From Patescibacteria group bacterium (lineage in GTDB: Bacteria; Patescibacteriota; Patescibacteriia; UBA9934), in the NCBI GenBank assembly GCA_041666145.1, contig JBAYHK010000004.1, forward strand, positions 20,542 through 84,541: a stretch of 64,000 bases of DNA. Reading direction: 5' to 3'. The position numbers and the translations under genes are program-made. Shown here in pieces: positions 1 through 8,628 of this stretch; position 1 is the stretch's first letter; the number at the start of each line of letters is the position of its first letter. Under the pieces are notes generated by a model. That model was not told where the DNA came from. It made no database searches and saw only the letters and a program-made list of their open reading frames with translations.

Positions 1-3000
1 ACTCCATCTCCACATACAGACGGATCTGAATAACTCACTGATGAACCGATAAACGTACAAGAATCTGAACAACCCTCATCCCCATCACAATCTTCACCAA
101 TGCCGCTATCAGAAATAAGATCGACGCTATTGTTTCCGCAACAATCAACGTCAGAAGACGACGAACAGGCCGACAGTCCTTCGCGAATACATATCGACGA
201 ACATCCGTCATCATTTTCAATGTTCCCATCGTCACAAGTTTCATACGGCGTTGTAATAACGCCATCACCACAAAGCGCATTTCCAAGCGCGGCTAAACTT
301 TGAGATCCTTCACGCAAACACTGTCGAGAACATCCGTCACCGCTTGCATTATTTCCGTCATCACACTCTTCGCCAGCACGAGTAGTTGTGTTATATGCAA
401 CATCATTATTTCCACACGTAGCCTCAACTGCTGCAGATCCCTCCGCGAGACACATTGACGAACAGCCATCACCATCGACAAGGTTCCCATCATCACAGTC
501 TTCAGCAATGTCACTACTATAATTCACTTCGATGTCTCTGTTTCCGCAACAATTCGACCCAGAAGTTCCACATGATGATTCTGCGTACAAACAATCACTA
601 TTTGTTACACAAGCGCTACCGCTCAACGTACAAAGCGACGTCGACGTATCACAAGTCTCTATACACTCAGAGTCTGCAGTGCAAGAAGCTCCTGAAGAGC
701 TACAAACAAACGAACAGGCAGTACTGCCTTCATACAGACACATCGAAGAACACCCATCGTGATCTGTAGTATTTCCGTCATCGCATTCCTCTCCACCACC
801 ATTTGAATCTTGATCCAAAACACCATCACCACATACAGCCTGATACGCAGAACTTCCACCAGGAGTACAGCTCGCTGAACATCCTTCTGTAATACCAGTA
901 ATACTGCCATCAAGAAGCTCTCCTGACTGTGTATACCAAGCCGCAGTCGATGCAGTAGTTTCAGTATTTTGTGCATCATCAAGAATTGGATCTTCCCAAC
1001 TCCAGGCATAATCGCTACCAACAAGTCGCTGTCCAGAAGTCGAACAAGCGTCCGCTGCACCAAATGCATCAACGCTAAAGGCCGCAGTCTCGCCTATTGC
1101 TGTTGCAGTAGCAATAGATGGCGCGAGATCAATACGCTCAACAGAACAAAGCGTTCCGTCCTCACGGACTCGGAATGTCCAAGAATATCCCGTTCCATAA
1201 TTCGTTCTTGTTAAAGCCACGCCACTAACACTTCGAACCGATCCAGAAACGATAACTCGATAATACGTTCCTACTGTCAAAACTTGAGATTCAAACGTGA
1301 ATCCATTACATAACGTCCCCGCTGCATCACTATAAGAACATGACGGATTCGAGCTAACTTGCGTTAATGTTGTACACAATTCATTCGCACAAGAATACAA
1401 AAGAATATTTCCACCAGAAATAATGTCACCCTCTGTCATCGTGGTATTGAATAAAGCACCCACCTGAGCATTCGAACATGACTCAGTACAATCTGGCCAA
1501 AAATCCGAAATATATGGATCGGTAAAGTTTACTGTTAATTGCGAATCATCAGAAATCGCCCCTCCGCTCTCACTGTTTATTGCGGTTGCCGTAACTGTAG
1601 TAACGCCTTCTGCAAAAGCCTCAAATGTTGCACACGCTGTTGGATCTCCTGCGCACTCATTGTCTATAGAAGAATTGAAATCAACATAAGAATAAGAATC
1701 AATCGACCAATCCCACGCATAATCGTCATTATCTACAACAACGCATCCCGTTCCTGCATTTGCTCCAAATCCAGTTGTCGCGCCATCCTCACTCAAAGTT
1801 TCGCTTACAGGAGTCACAGTTACACGGTCAACAACACAATCTTCATCAGTTGCCGCAGTTGTAAAAGTCCAAGTCTCGTCGCTAGCCAAAGGAGTGGAGT
1901 CGATCGATTGCGCTACAGTCGAAACCGTAACCTGATATGTTGTATTTACATCAAAATTCTCAGTCGGAACCCACATGAAACGCGTAGCAGATTCTGATGA
2001 AGACACTGTTGCAATTCCCGAGACCGCCTCCGTAGTTGCACACGAATTATCCGTCGAGCTACTCACCGTCGCAGTGCACTTCGCCACCGTAACAGCATCC
2101 GCAACCGACGCTTCGTTCATGAGCGCCGTAAATTCTGCGTATACTGCCGCATTCACGCAGATCTCTCCTGATTCGGAGAATTCATTGCTTGGCACTGCAG
2201 AGACAATATCTGAAGAACATTCAGAAACAATCTGCGGCACCTCAGCAATCTCTCCAGTTGAAAAGCTCCAAGCATATGACGCGTAGACTCCTGCAGTCGT
2301 TACTGCAGATTCCGCAGAACCAACAGAAAAGTTTACAGCATTACTTGAAACACCATCCACGATTATCGATAAAGGACCGGTCGTAGCACCGACTGGAACA
2401 GGAACATCAATTGCGTCATTCGTCCAACGCGTCGAAGATGCTGTCGTAACACCACTATAGAAAGAAACGAGGTCGATATCACTTCCGAAGTTATCGCCAG
2501 CAATCGTGATACTTTCACCAACATTCCCAGATGCAGTAATCGCACAAATACCAGGAGTTGGACTATCTGTAGAAATAGTGAAATCTATTGAAGTCGATTC
2601 AGTTCCCTGACTGTTCGTCACCGAAACTGTATAAGCACCAGGAGCTATGTCTTGTCCGCTGTCATACGATTTCGGAACAATAACCGTGACTTGATCGTCA
2701 TTCCAAAAATCCGACAAACAAGCTTCAGGAAAATCAATACTCGCAGTAGCAGTGGTTCCATCACCGCCTCGGAATGTCACAGTTCCAACGCTACTTCGAA
2801 AATTCGTTCCGGAAATCGTTACGTACTGTCCAACCCCTCCAGAGCTTGGACTAATATCCGTAATTGTAGAGACATCGGTCTCTGGAACGTCGACAGTAAA
2901 GGAAATGGTATTCGAAGTGTTCCCGCCAACAACCACCGCAACGTCATAATCACCGGCATCTGCATTAGGAATAGTCACTTTCACTGTTCCATCAGCCCAT

Positions 3001-4721
3001 GACGTATACGAACCAGCTTCTACAGAAGAAAAATTCACCACCGATTCCCCTTGAGACTCTCCAAAATTAGATCCAGAAAGCGTGAGAGCTGACTCTGACT
3101 GACCAGAAGATCTTGAAAGTGTGCACAAATTCGGCATCACAACATCGTTCACGTCGAAATTTGAAACTAGTGCACCGTTGTCATCATCCGTGGCATCAGA
3201 AACATCATTTCCGGATGTAATTAAAATTGGACCATCGCCTGCACCTTCCGGTACCTCAACAACAATCTGCGTGTCACTCCATCCATCCGCACAATCATTC
3301 AACACAGTCGCCTCTACCGTTCCAGTCCCTGCCGCATCATAAAACATTACCGTTCCTGTATTTGCTCCAAAATCTGTTCCGGAAATTGTTACAAATGTTC
3401 CAACCGCACCAGAAATTGGAGCGACGTCAGTAATTGTTGGATTTGATGTACAAACAGACTCTTCACAAGATCCGCTTGAACATTCAGTAGCCTCTGTACA
3501 GCTCGAACCGTCACACGCACCACAATACGTGCTCAGTGAAGAGTCGCCTCCACAGTCAGTCCCAGTTTCACCAAGATCAGCGTCAGTAACTCCATTAAAA
3601 CACCACTCAGGTTGCGCGCGAACAGAAACTGTATCTGTATCTTCATTACCAGCAAGATCAAAAACAGTTGCGGAAATACTATATCGCTCACCATCCACAA
3701 AAGACTCGGTACTCAATGTGGTGCCAATCGTTGTCTCTGCTAAATGTCCAAGTGCCGGAACGCTGTCTTGCCAAACATCTTCAATAGAAAAGTCCGCAGA
3801 AACGACTACAACATTATCAATTGCACTTACCTGAACATCCATACTCGATGCCGACGCGACTCCAGCTCCACTCTCAGGAATAGTGATACTGGCCGAAGGG
3901 TCTTCAGTGTCAACATTTACTCCAGAAGTAAATGTCGCAGAGCACGGAGCGTCAAAACTACACGTCAAAATAACACCGTCTGAACTCTTTATGTTTTCCG
4001 TTGCAGCAATCGTGAATGTTGCATCTTTATCAAAACAGAATCGATCCGCATTCGGTTCAGGACATGCCGTACTCGGAGTAAAACGAATCACGTTATCTAA
4101 CACTGCATAATCTCCTGCAACCGCAGTACCAGATGCATCAACAATACTTAAATTTCCATCAACCGTCGTTTCATCTATTGCCTTACTAAATGTTACTCGA
4201 GGAACGATATTTCGAATTGACGTTTCTCCATCTGGAGAAAAGCTTGTTATTTCGAAAAGCGACGACGCACTGCCACCAAGACCAGATCCCGAACCAGAGC
4301 CTCCGCCAGCTCCAGAACCGCCAGATCCGCCTCCAGAAGCACCTGTTAATGCAGAAAGAACAAACGTCGCAATGCTCCATGACAACAAAATAATTACAAG
4401 TCCTATAGCCGCATTAATTAAAACCTGTTTTGCTTTATCAACTTTTTCCGGATTACCTTCAGCTGTCATCCAAAGAAAACCACCATATACAACAAAACAA
4501 ACTAGAACTATGCCAATGAATCCGAGTGCATAACGAATAATATTTCCAACAATGATCTTTGGATCTTCAGACCCGAGACCGGTGGTCTCTCCAACTGTCG
4601 TTAAATTCTCAGTAACCGCATCTGCAGCAAAGGCTACCTTTGGAAAACTACCAAAGGCTCCGAAAATCAATAAAAGTCCTAGTCCTATTCCTGCGAAAAA
4701 ATGGCGAAAAGAAATCTTCAC
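1..4721 (-). CDS. Giant surface protein (>1570 aa, runs off left edge): signal, VirB2/TrbC-like CPR pilin domain, Gly/Ser linker, Ig-like and IPT/TIG domains, Cys-rich CG(D/N)G..E.CDDGN....DGC repeats (DUF4215-like)
   Basis: Manual translation from GTG 4721: MKISFRHFFAGIGLG...GFLWMTAEGNPEKVDKAKQVLINAAIGLVIILLSW...GGGSGGSGAGGG; TISGTDFG/LSGSNFG/TISGTNF IPT motifs; CGDGVLDQ..EECDDGNTTDHDGCSSMC near 730-830. Presumably absent from the ORF track because no stop lies in the window; frame spot-checked, not read codon by codon. Confidence 0.88.
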   Translation of the reverse strand, partial: MKISFRHFFAGIGLGLLLIFGAFGSFPKVAFAADAVTENLTTVGETTGLGSEDPKIIVGNIIRYALGFIGIVLVCFVVYGGFLWMTAEGNPEKVDKAKQVLINAAIGLVIILLSWSIATFVLSALTGASGGGSGGSGAGGGSGSGSGLGGSASSLFEITSFSPDGETSIRNIVPRVTFSKAIDETTVDGNLSIVDASGTAVAGDYAVLDNVIRFTPSTACPEPNADRFCFDKDATFTIAATENIKSSDGVILTCSFDAPCSATFTSGVNVDTEDPSASITIPESGAGVASASSMDVQVSAIDNVVVVSADFSIEDVWQDSVPALGHLAETTIGTTLSTESFVDGERYSISATVFDLAGNEDTDTVSVRAQPEWCFNGVTDADLGETGTDCGGDSSLSTYCGACDGSSCTEATECSSGSCEESVCTSNPTITDVAPISGAVGTFVTISGTDFGANTGTVMFYDAAGTGTVEATVLNDCADGWSDTQIVVEVPEGAGDGPILITSGNDVSDATDDDNGALVSNFDVNDVVMPNLCTLSRSSGQSESALTLSGSNFGESQGESVVNFSSVEAGSYTSWADGTVKVTIPNADAGDYDVAVVVGGNTSNTISFTVDVPETDVSTITDISPSSGGVGQYVTISGTNFRSSVGTVTFRGGDGTTATASIDFPEACLSDFWNDDQVTVIVPKSYDSGQDIAPGAYTVSVTNSQGTESTSIDFTISTDSPTPGICAITASGNVGESITIAGDNFGSDIDLVSFYSGVTTASSTRWTNDAIDVPVPVGATTGPLSIIVDGVSSNAVNFSVGSAESAVTTAGVYASYAWSFSTGEIAEVPQIVSECSSDIVSAVPSNEFSESGEICVNAAVYAEFTALMNEASVADAVTVAKCTATVSSSTDNSCATTEAVSGIATVSSSESATRFMWVPTENFDVNTTYQVTVSTVAQSIDSTPLASDETWTFTTAATDEDCVVDRVTVTPVSETLSEDGATTGFGANAGTGCVVVDNDDYAWDWSIDSYSYVDFNSSIDNECAGDPTACATFEAFAEGVTTVTATAINSESGGAISDDSQLTVNFTDPYISDFWPDCTESCSNAQVGALFNTTMTEGDIISGGNILLYSCANELCTTLTQVSSNPSCSYSDAAGTLCNGFTFESQVLTVGTYYRVIVSGSVRSVSGVALTRTNYGTGYSWTFRVREDGTLCSVERIDLAPSIATATAIGETAAFSVDAFGAADACSTSGQRLVGSDYAWSWEDPILDDAQNTETTASTAAWYTQSGELLDGSITGITEGCSASCTPGGSSAYQAVCGDGVLDQDSNGGGEECDDGNTTDHDGCSSMCLYEGSTACSFVCSSSGASCTADSECIETCDTSTSLCTLSGSACVTNSDCLYAESSCGTSGSNCCGNRDIEVNYSSDIAEDCDDGNLVDGDGCSSMCLAEGSAAVEATCGNNDVAYNTTTRAGEECDDGNNASGDGCSRQCLREGSQSLAALGNALCGDGVITTPYETCDDGNIENDDGCSSICIREGLSACSSSSDVDCCGNNSVDLISDSGIGEDCDGDEGCSDSCTFIGSSVSYSDPSVCGDG

Positions 4722-4731
4722 AAATGAATGT

Positions 4732-6543
4732 TTAGAAGAGCGTACATGCCGTCGACTGAGGAGTGCCATTACAACAATATGGAGAACTTGCAGTTGTCCC
4801 ACAACTACCACCGTTACTATCTGGGCCTTCCCCTGGAACAAAACAATTCTGATACTCGTTAAGAACTCCTTCGTTCGCCGCAACGCCATACATGAATGAC
4901 AAAGGAGGAACCGCCACTGAATCAGACGCAAGGAATGTTCCATGCTCAATCGTCACCATTGTTTTTACTGGAATTTGTGAATCAGTTAATACTTCTTCAT
5001 TTGCATCAGTCAACCAAACTGTTCTAAAGGCATACCAAAGTTCATGATCGTCGTTAGAATTGACCTCTTTATTTGAAAGCTCGATATTCGAAGAGTTCAC
5101 GCTCGATGTGTCTAATATTGAATCAAATGTAATCTGAATGGATTGGTCTAACGCAATATTTTCACTCAAAATTTCCGGAGCAATGCTTTCAATCGCTGGA
5201 GCGTCAAGATTTATATTATTTGTAGTAGTAAAACTCCAAATGTAATCATCGCCTGCACTGACGACACCATCACCATTTCCATCCATAGAGTTTCCTGACG
5301 TATCAACAATTCCATCGTAAGGATATATCGAAGCCGTCGGGTCTGTTGACGACGTTGGAGTAGCGGAAGCAATAGACGCTGTCACTAATTGACCACCAGG
5401 AAGGCAGTAAATCGTCTCACCACATGAGTTCGTTCCACAAGCGTCAGTAGTTGTGAATGTAACAGTTCGATATCCATTTCCAATTGTATATTCGCCTGCG
5501 GTTGGTGCAGACACCGACGCACCAACAACCTGAATATTCGAAAAACCACTTTCAGCTTCACGAATTCCAGAGGCGGAAGTTGGATCGACTGCCTCGCTAA
5601 ATGTCATCTGAACAGTAATGTTCCTATCTTTTGTCGAATTTGCCGATGGGGCAATGTTTTCAACTGTAGGTGGAGTAATATCGACTGTTGTTCCGGTTGT
5701 GAAGTACCAAAGGTATCCTCCGTCATCGATCATGGTCGCTCCTGTTGCGTCTTGAATTGAATCGCTCAAAAAGACTGCATACGTCACATCAGCAGTCGCA
5801 GAGCCAAGATATTCAGCTGGATCAAAAGAAAATGTTTTTAAATCATCAGTAAACGACACCGCCACATTCGTCAACGCGGAAGAATCACCAGTATCACGAA
5901 CATAAATTTTTACGTTTTCTGTATTTATTGCCGTTGCGACAGTATCGTCAGATACGTCTTCTGGAGTTCCGTTTGTATTGTATCCGTCAATAAACGATGA
6001 AATGTCCATTGCATCTCTAAACGTCACAAAAATCCGTGTATTTCGAGAAACGTCGGTGGCATTACGTGCTGGATAATGGTCTCTAATTGCGCCAGAGCCA
6101 AGCGAATTTGAAAGCCTTTCAACAGAAATACTACCCGAGCCATCTCCACTTCCGCTCCCCCCTGTTGCACCTCCGAGCGTATTCAAAATAAACGTCGCAA
6201 TCGCATAAGCAGAAAGTGTTATCACCAAACCAACAACTGCATTAATTAAGATCGCCTTTGCTTTCTCAACCCTCTTGCCATCTCCTCCTGCCGTCATCCA
6301 AATTGCACCAGCGTAAACAAAAAGGATCAAACAAATCACGCCAAGCAAACTCAATGCAACATTAATAACACGACCGATAATTGTCAGTAAATCTGTGTCT
6401 GCAAAACCGCCACCAGTTCCAACGGTGGCAAGATTTGCATCAGCGGCAAACGCGAAAAATGGAACAGCGATCAAGAACCCAATTGCAACAAAGAAAGAAC
6501 CGCGTTTGAACGCTCGAAAAAAAGAAGGGTTGAACACATGCAT
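4732..6543 (-). CDS. Pilin-domain plus Ig-like (Big_5/SbsA-like) surface protein
   Basis: WMTAGGDGKRVEKAKAILINAVVGLVITLSAYAI pilin motif, GS linker, repeated P..N...V.RN..I..TF Ig-like units; start at 6543 or 6561. Confidence 0.85.
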   Translation of the reverse strand: MHVFNPSFFRAFKRGSFFVAIGFLIAVPFFAFAADANLATVGTGGGFADTDLLTIIGRVINVALSLLGVICLILFVYAGAIWMTAGGDGKRVEKAKAILINAVVGLVITLSAYAIATFILNTLGGATGGSGSGDGSGSISVERLSNSLGSGAIRDHYPARNATDVSRNTRIFVTFRDAMDISSFIDGYNTNGTPEDVSDDTVATAINTENVKIYVRDTGDSSALTNVAVSFTDDLKTFSFDPAEYLGSATADVTYAVFLSDSIQDATGATMIDDGGYLWYFTTGTTVDITPPTVENIAPSANSTKDRNITVQMTFSEAVDPTSASGIREAESGFSNIQVVGASVSAPTAGEYTIGNGYRTVTFTTTDACGTNSCGETIYCLPGGQLVTASIASATPTSSTDPTASIYPYDGIVDTSGNSMDGNGDGVVSAGDDYIWSFTTTNNINLDAPAIESIAPEILSENIALDQSIQITFDSILDTSSVNSSNIELSNKEVNSNDDHELWYAFRTVWLTDANEEVLTDSQIPVKTMVTIEHGTFLASDSVAVPPLSFMYGVAANEGVLNEYQNCFVPGEGPDSNGGSCGTTASSPYCCNGTPQSTACTLF

Positions 6544-6577
6544 GGCAGAAGTATACCGCAAATGTGTTCAACCCTTT

Positions 6578-7672
6578 TTACGCACCTTGGGGAAAACGGC
6601 TTGCAATTGCACGCCGCAAATCATCAAGACCTTCACCAGTTACTGCAGAAACAGCAATCGCATTTTTCGGCACAGGAAATGACATTGAACCTAATGCATC
6701 AACCTTGTTGTACACACGAAGTCGTCGATTCTCCGGCACACTGAGCTCTGTCAAAATATCATCAACGACTTCAATCTTTTCATCTCGTTTATCATCTGCC
6801 GCATCAATAACGTGCAAGAGTACATCCGCACCAAGCGCCTCTGATAACGTCGATCGAAATGCTGCAATTAAACTTGGAGGCAACCCCTGAATAAATCCAA
6901 TCGTATCTGAAAGCAAGGCGGTTCCCTCAAGATCTGGCAAATACATTGTTCCAACACGAGTATCGAGTGTGGCGAACAAAGCGTTCGCTGCGTACTCCTT
7001 TCGTTTTGTTAAAGCGTTCAATAACGATGTTTTCCCAGCATTCGTATATCCAACCAATGCCACAGTTCGTTCCCCCATTCTCGCTCTCCGTTCTCTCTGC
7101 AAATCTCTCACTCCTTGATACTTCTCTAATCGCTTTAAAATCGCGCGCTCCTGATCTCGCAAATGACGCTTCATGGCTTCTGTATTTCCCTCTCCGCTTC
7201 CACCACGTGTTCCCGTTCCACCTCGCTGTCTTCCAAGCTCCTCACTCATGTTGTAAATGCGTGGCCCCATGTGTCGCAGTCGAGCAAGTTCAATTTCAAG
7301 TTTTGCCTCTGCAGTGCTTGCATGCTTTTCAAAAATATTCAAAATCAAATCAATCCTATCCCACACTTTCATCTTTGCAGGTCGCAACAATTCTTCTAAA
7401 TTAAAAATCTGCTGTGGTTTAAGCGGATGATTCACCACAAACAAATCCGCGCCAAGTTCTTTCGACTCCGCGATCAATTCTTCTACGCGTCCCTTGCCAA
7501 TAAACGTCTGATAGTCTGGTTTTGCTTTTCGTTGAATTGTTTTTACAACGACTGCACCTCCATACGTTCGAACAAGTTCTTCAAGCTCCGTCATTCTATC
7601 TTCTGCCTCACGTTTATCTGCAGAAAAATGAATAAGATCGGCAAGGACTGCTTTGTGAATATGCGTCGACAT
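6578..7672 (-). CDS. hflX: GTPase HflX
   Basis: GYTNAGKTSLLN, LFATLD, DTIGFI, EAKLEIELARL. Confidence 0.96.
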   Translation of the reverse strand: MSTHIHKAVLADLIHFSADKREAEDRMTELEELVRTYGGAVVVKTIQRKAKPDYQTFIGKGRVEELIAESKELGADLFVVNHPLKPQQIFNLEELLRPAKMKVWDRIDLILNIFEKHASTAEAKLEIELARLRHMGPRIYNMSEELGRQRGGTGTRGGSGEGNTEAMKRHLRDQERAILKRLEKYQGVRDLQRERRARMGERTVALVGYTNAGKTSLLNALTKRKEYAANALFATLDTRVGTMYLPDLEGTALLSDTIGFIQGLPPSLIAAFRSTLSEALGADVLLHVIDAADDKRDEKIEVVDDILTELSVPENRRLRVYNKVDALGSMSFPVPKNAIAVSAVTGEGLDDLRRAIASRFPQGA

Positions 7673-8121
7673 TATTCTTTTTTTAAAATGTTATCGACTG
7701 CTGCTTTTATCCGTGACCCATCTGCAAACTCTTTCAAGTCTGCCATAAGCGCACCCATGGCCTTCCCAACGCTTGCCATGTCTGTAATCCCAAGTTCCGC
7801 AAGCTTTGTACGAACCTTTGCTTCAAGCTCTTCTTGGCTCATCTGCTCTGGCAAATACTTTTCCAAAATCGCAATCTCCTCACGTGCAGCGACTACCAAA
7901 TCTTCCCGTGCTGCAGAAACAAACGAATCTAACCCGTCCTTCAGCTTCTTCACGTCACTCTTAATCGTTGCCATTACCTCGGCGTCGTCGAGCTCCTTCC
8001 CAACATCGATCGCCTTGTTCTTGAGTGACGCAATAAGCATCCGCACCGTGTCGAGCGTTCTCACGTCCTTATTCTTCATTGCCGTCTTCATGTCCTCACG
8101 GATCTGTTCGTATAAAGTCAT
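7672..8121 (-). CDS. GatB/YqeY domain protein
   Basis: MTLYEQIREDMKTAMK...EIAILEKYLPEQMS...GKAMGALM...ADGS. Confidence 0.93.
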   Translation of the reverse strand: MTLYEQIREDMKTAMKNKDVRTLDTVRMLIASLKNKAIDVGKELDDAEVMATIKSDVKKLKDGLDSFVSAAREDLVVAAREEIAILEKYLPEQMSQEELEAKVRTKLAELGITDMASVGKAMGALMADLKEFADGSRIKAAVDNILKKE

Positions 8122-8217
8122 ATGGAAAGAGTATGGAGTCGAAACAAAAAAGAGACAAGACAAGGAGATGCCAATATTACAAAAGCCGTCTCAGATTTCT
8201 CAAAGACGGCTCTTGTT

Positions 8218-8469
8218 TTATCGACGGGTTGGCTTTCGCAAATCCTCTTCTTTAACCTTTCCTGTTTTCAATAAGTATTCGCGACGTTCACCCATGGTCA
8301 AGCTTCGCAGCTTGCTCTTATGAGTCTTATTCTTCTTTGCTGTTTTTGCAAAATATCGTCCAGCACGGACGTCGAGCGCTTTTCCACTCTGTTGCAAACG
8401 ACGGCTAAAGCGACGAAAAACCGCTTCAAAGCTCTCACCTTTTTTTCTTTTTACTTCAATATCAGACAT
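8218..8469 (-). CDS. rpsU: 30S ribosomal protein bS21
   Basis: IEVKRKKGESFEAVFRRFSRRLQQSG; conserved rpsU-yqeY synteny. Confidence 0.9.
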   Translation of the reverse strand: MSDIEVKRKKGESFEAVFRRFSRRLQQSGKALDVRAGRYFAKTAKKNKTHKSKLRSLTMGERREYLLKTGKVKEEDLRKPTRR

Positions 8470-8478
8470 ATTTTTGTT

Positions 8479-8486
8479 CCTCCCTT
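8479..8486 (-). promoter_or_regulatory. Strong Shine-Dalgarno of rpsU (AAGGGAGG, 9-nt spacer)
   Basis: Minus strand CCTGAAGGGAGGAACAAAAAAT-ATG. Confidence 0.85.
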
Positions 8487-8628
8487 CAGGAATGTGAGGA
8501 TGATATCAGATCATAAAAAACCAAGCAAGATGGCCCTAAATAGAAAAGCCCCCGGACACCATCTTGCGATGGATCCGAGGACTCATGTGCCATGCAGCCG
8601 TTGCTGCATGGGCCGTGCCGAACTGGAC

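Noticed and set aside
35-4899. Many short ORFs in the track over the first 4.9 kb
   Set aside because: Alternative-frame or antisense to the single giant minus-strand gene starting at 4721
7427-8323. 298-aa plus-strand ORF
   Set aside because: Antisense to hflX, yqeY and rpsU; no motifs
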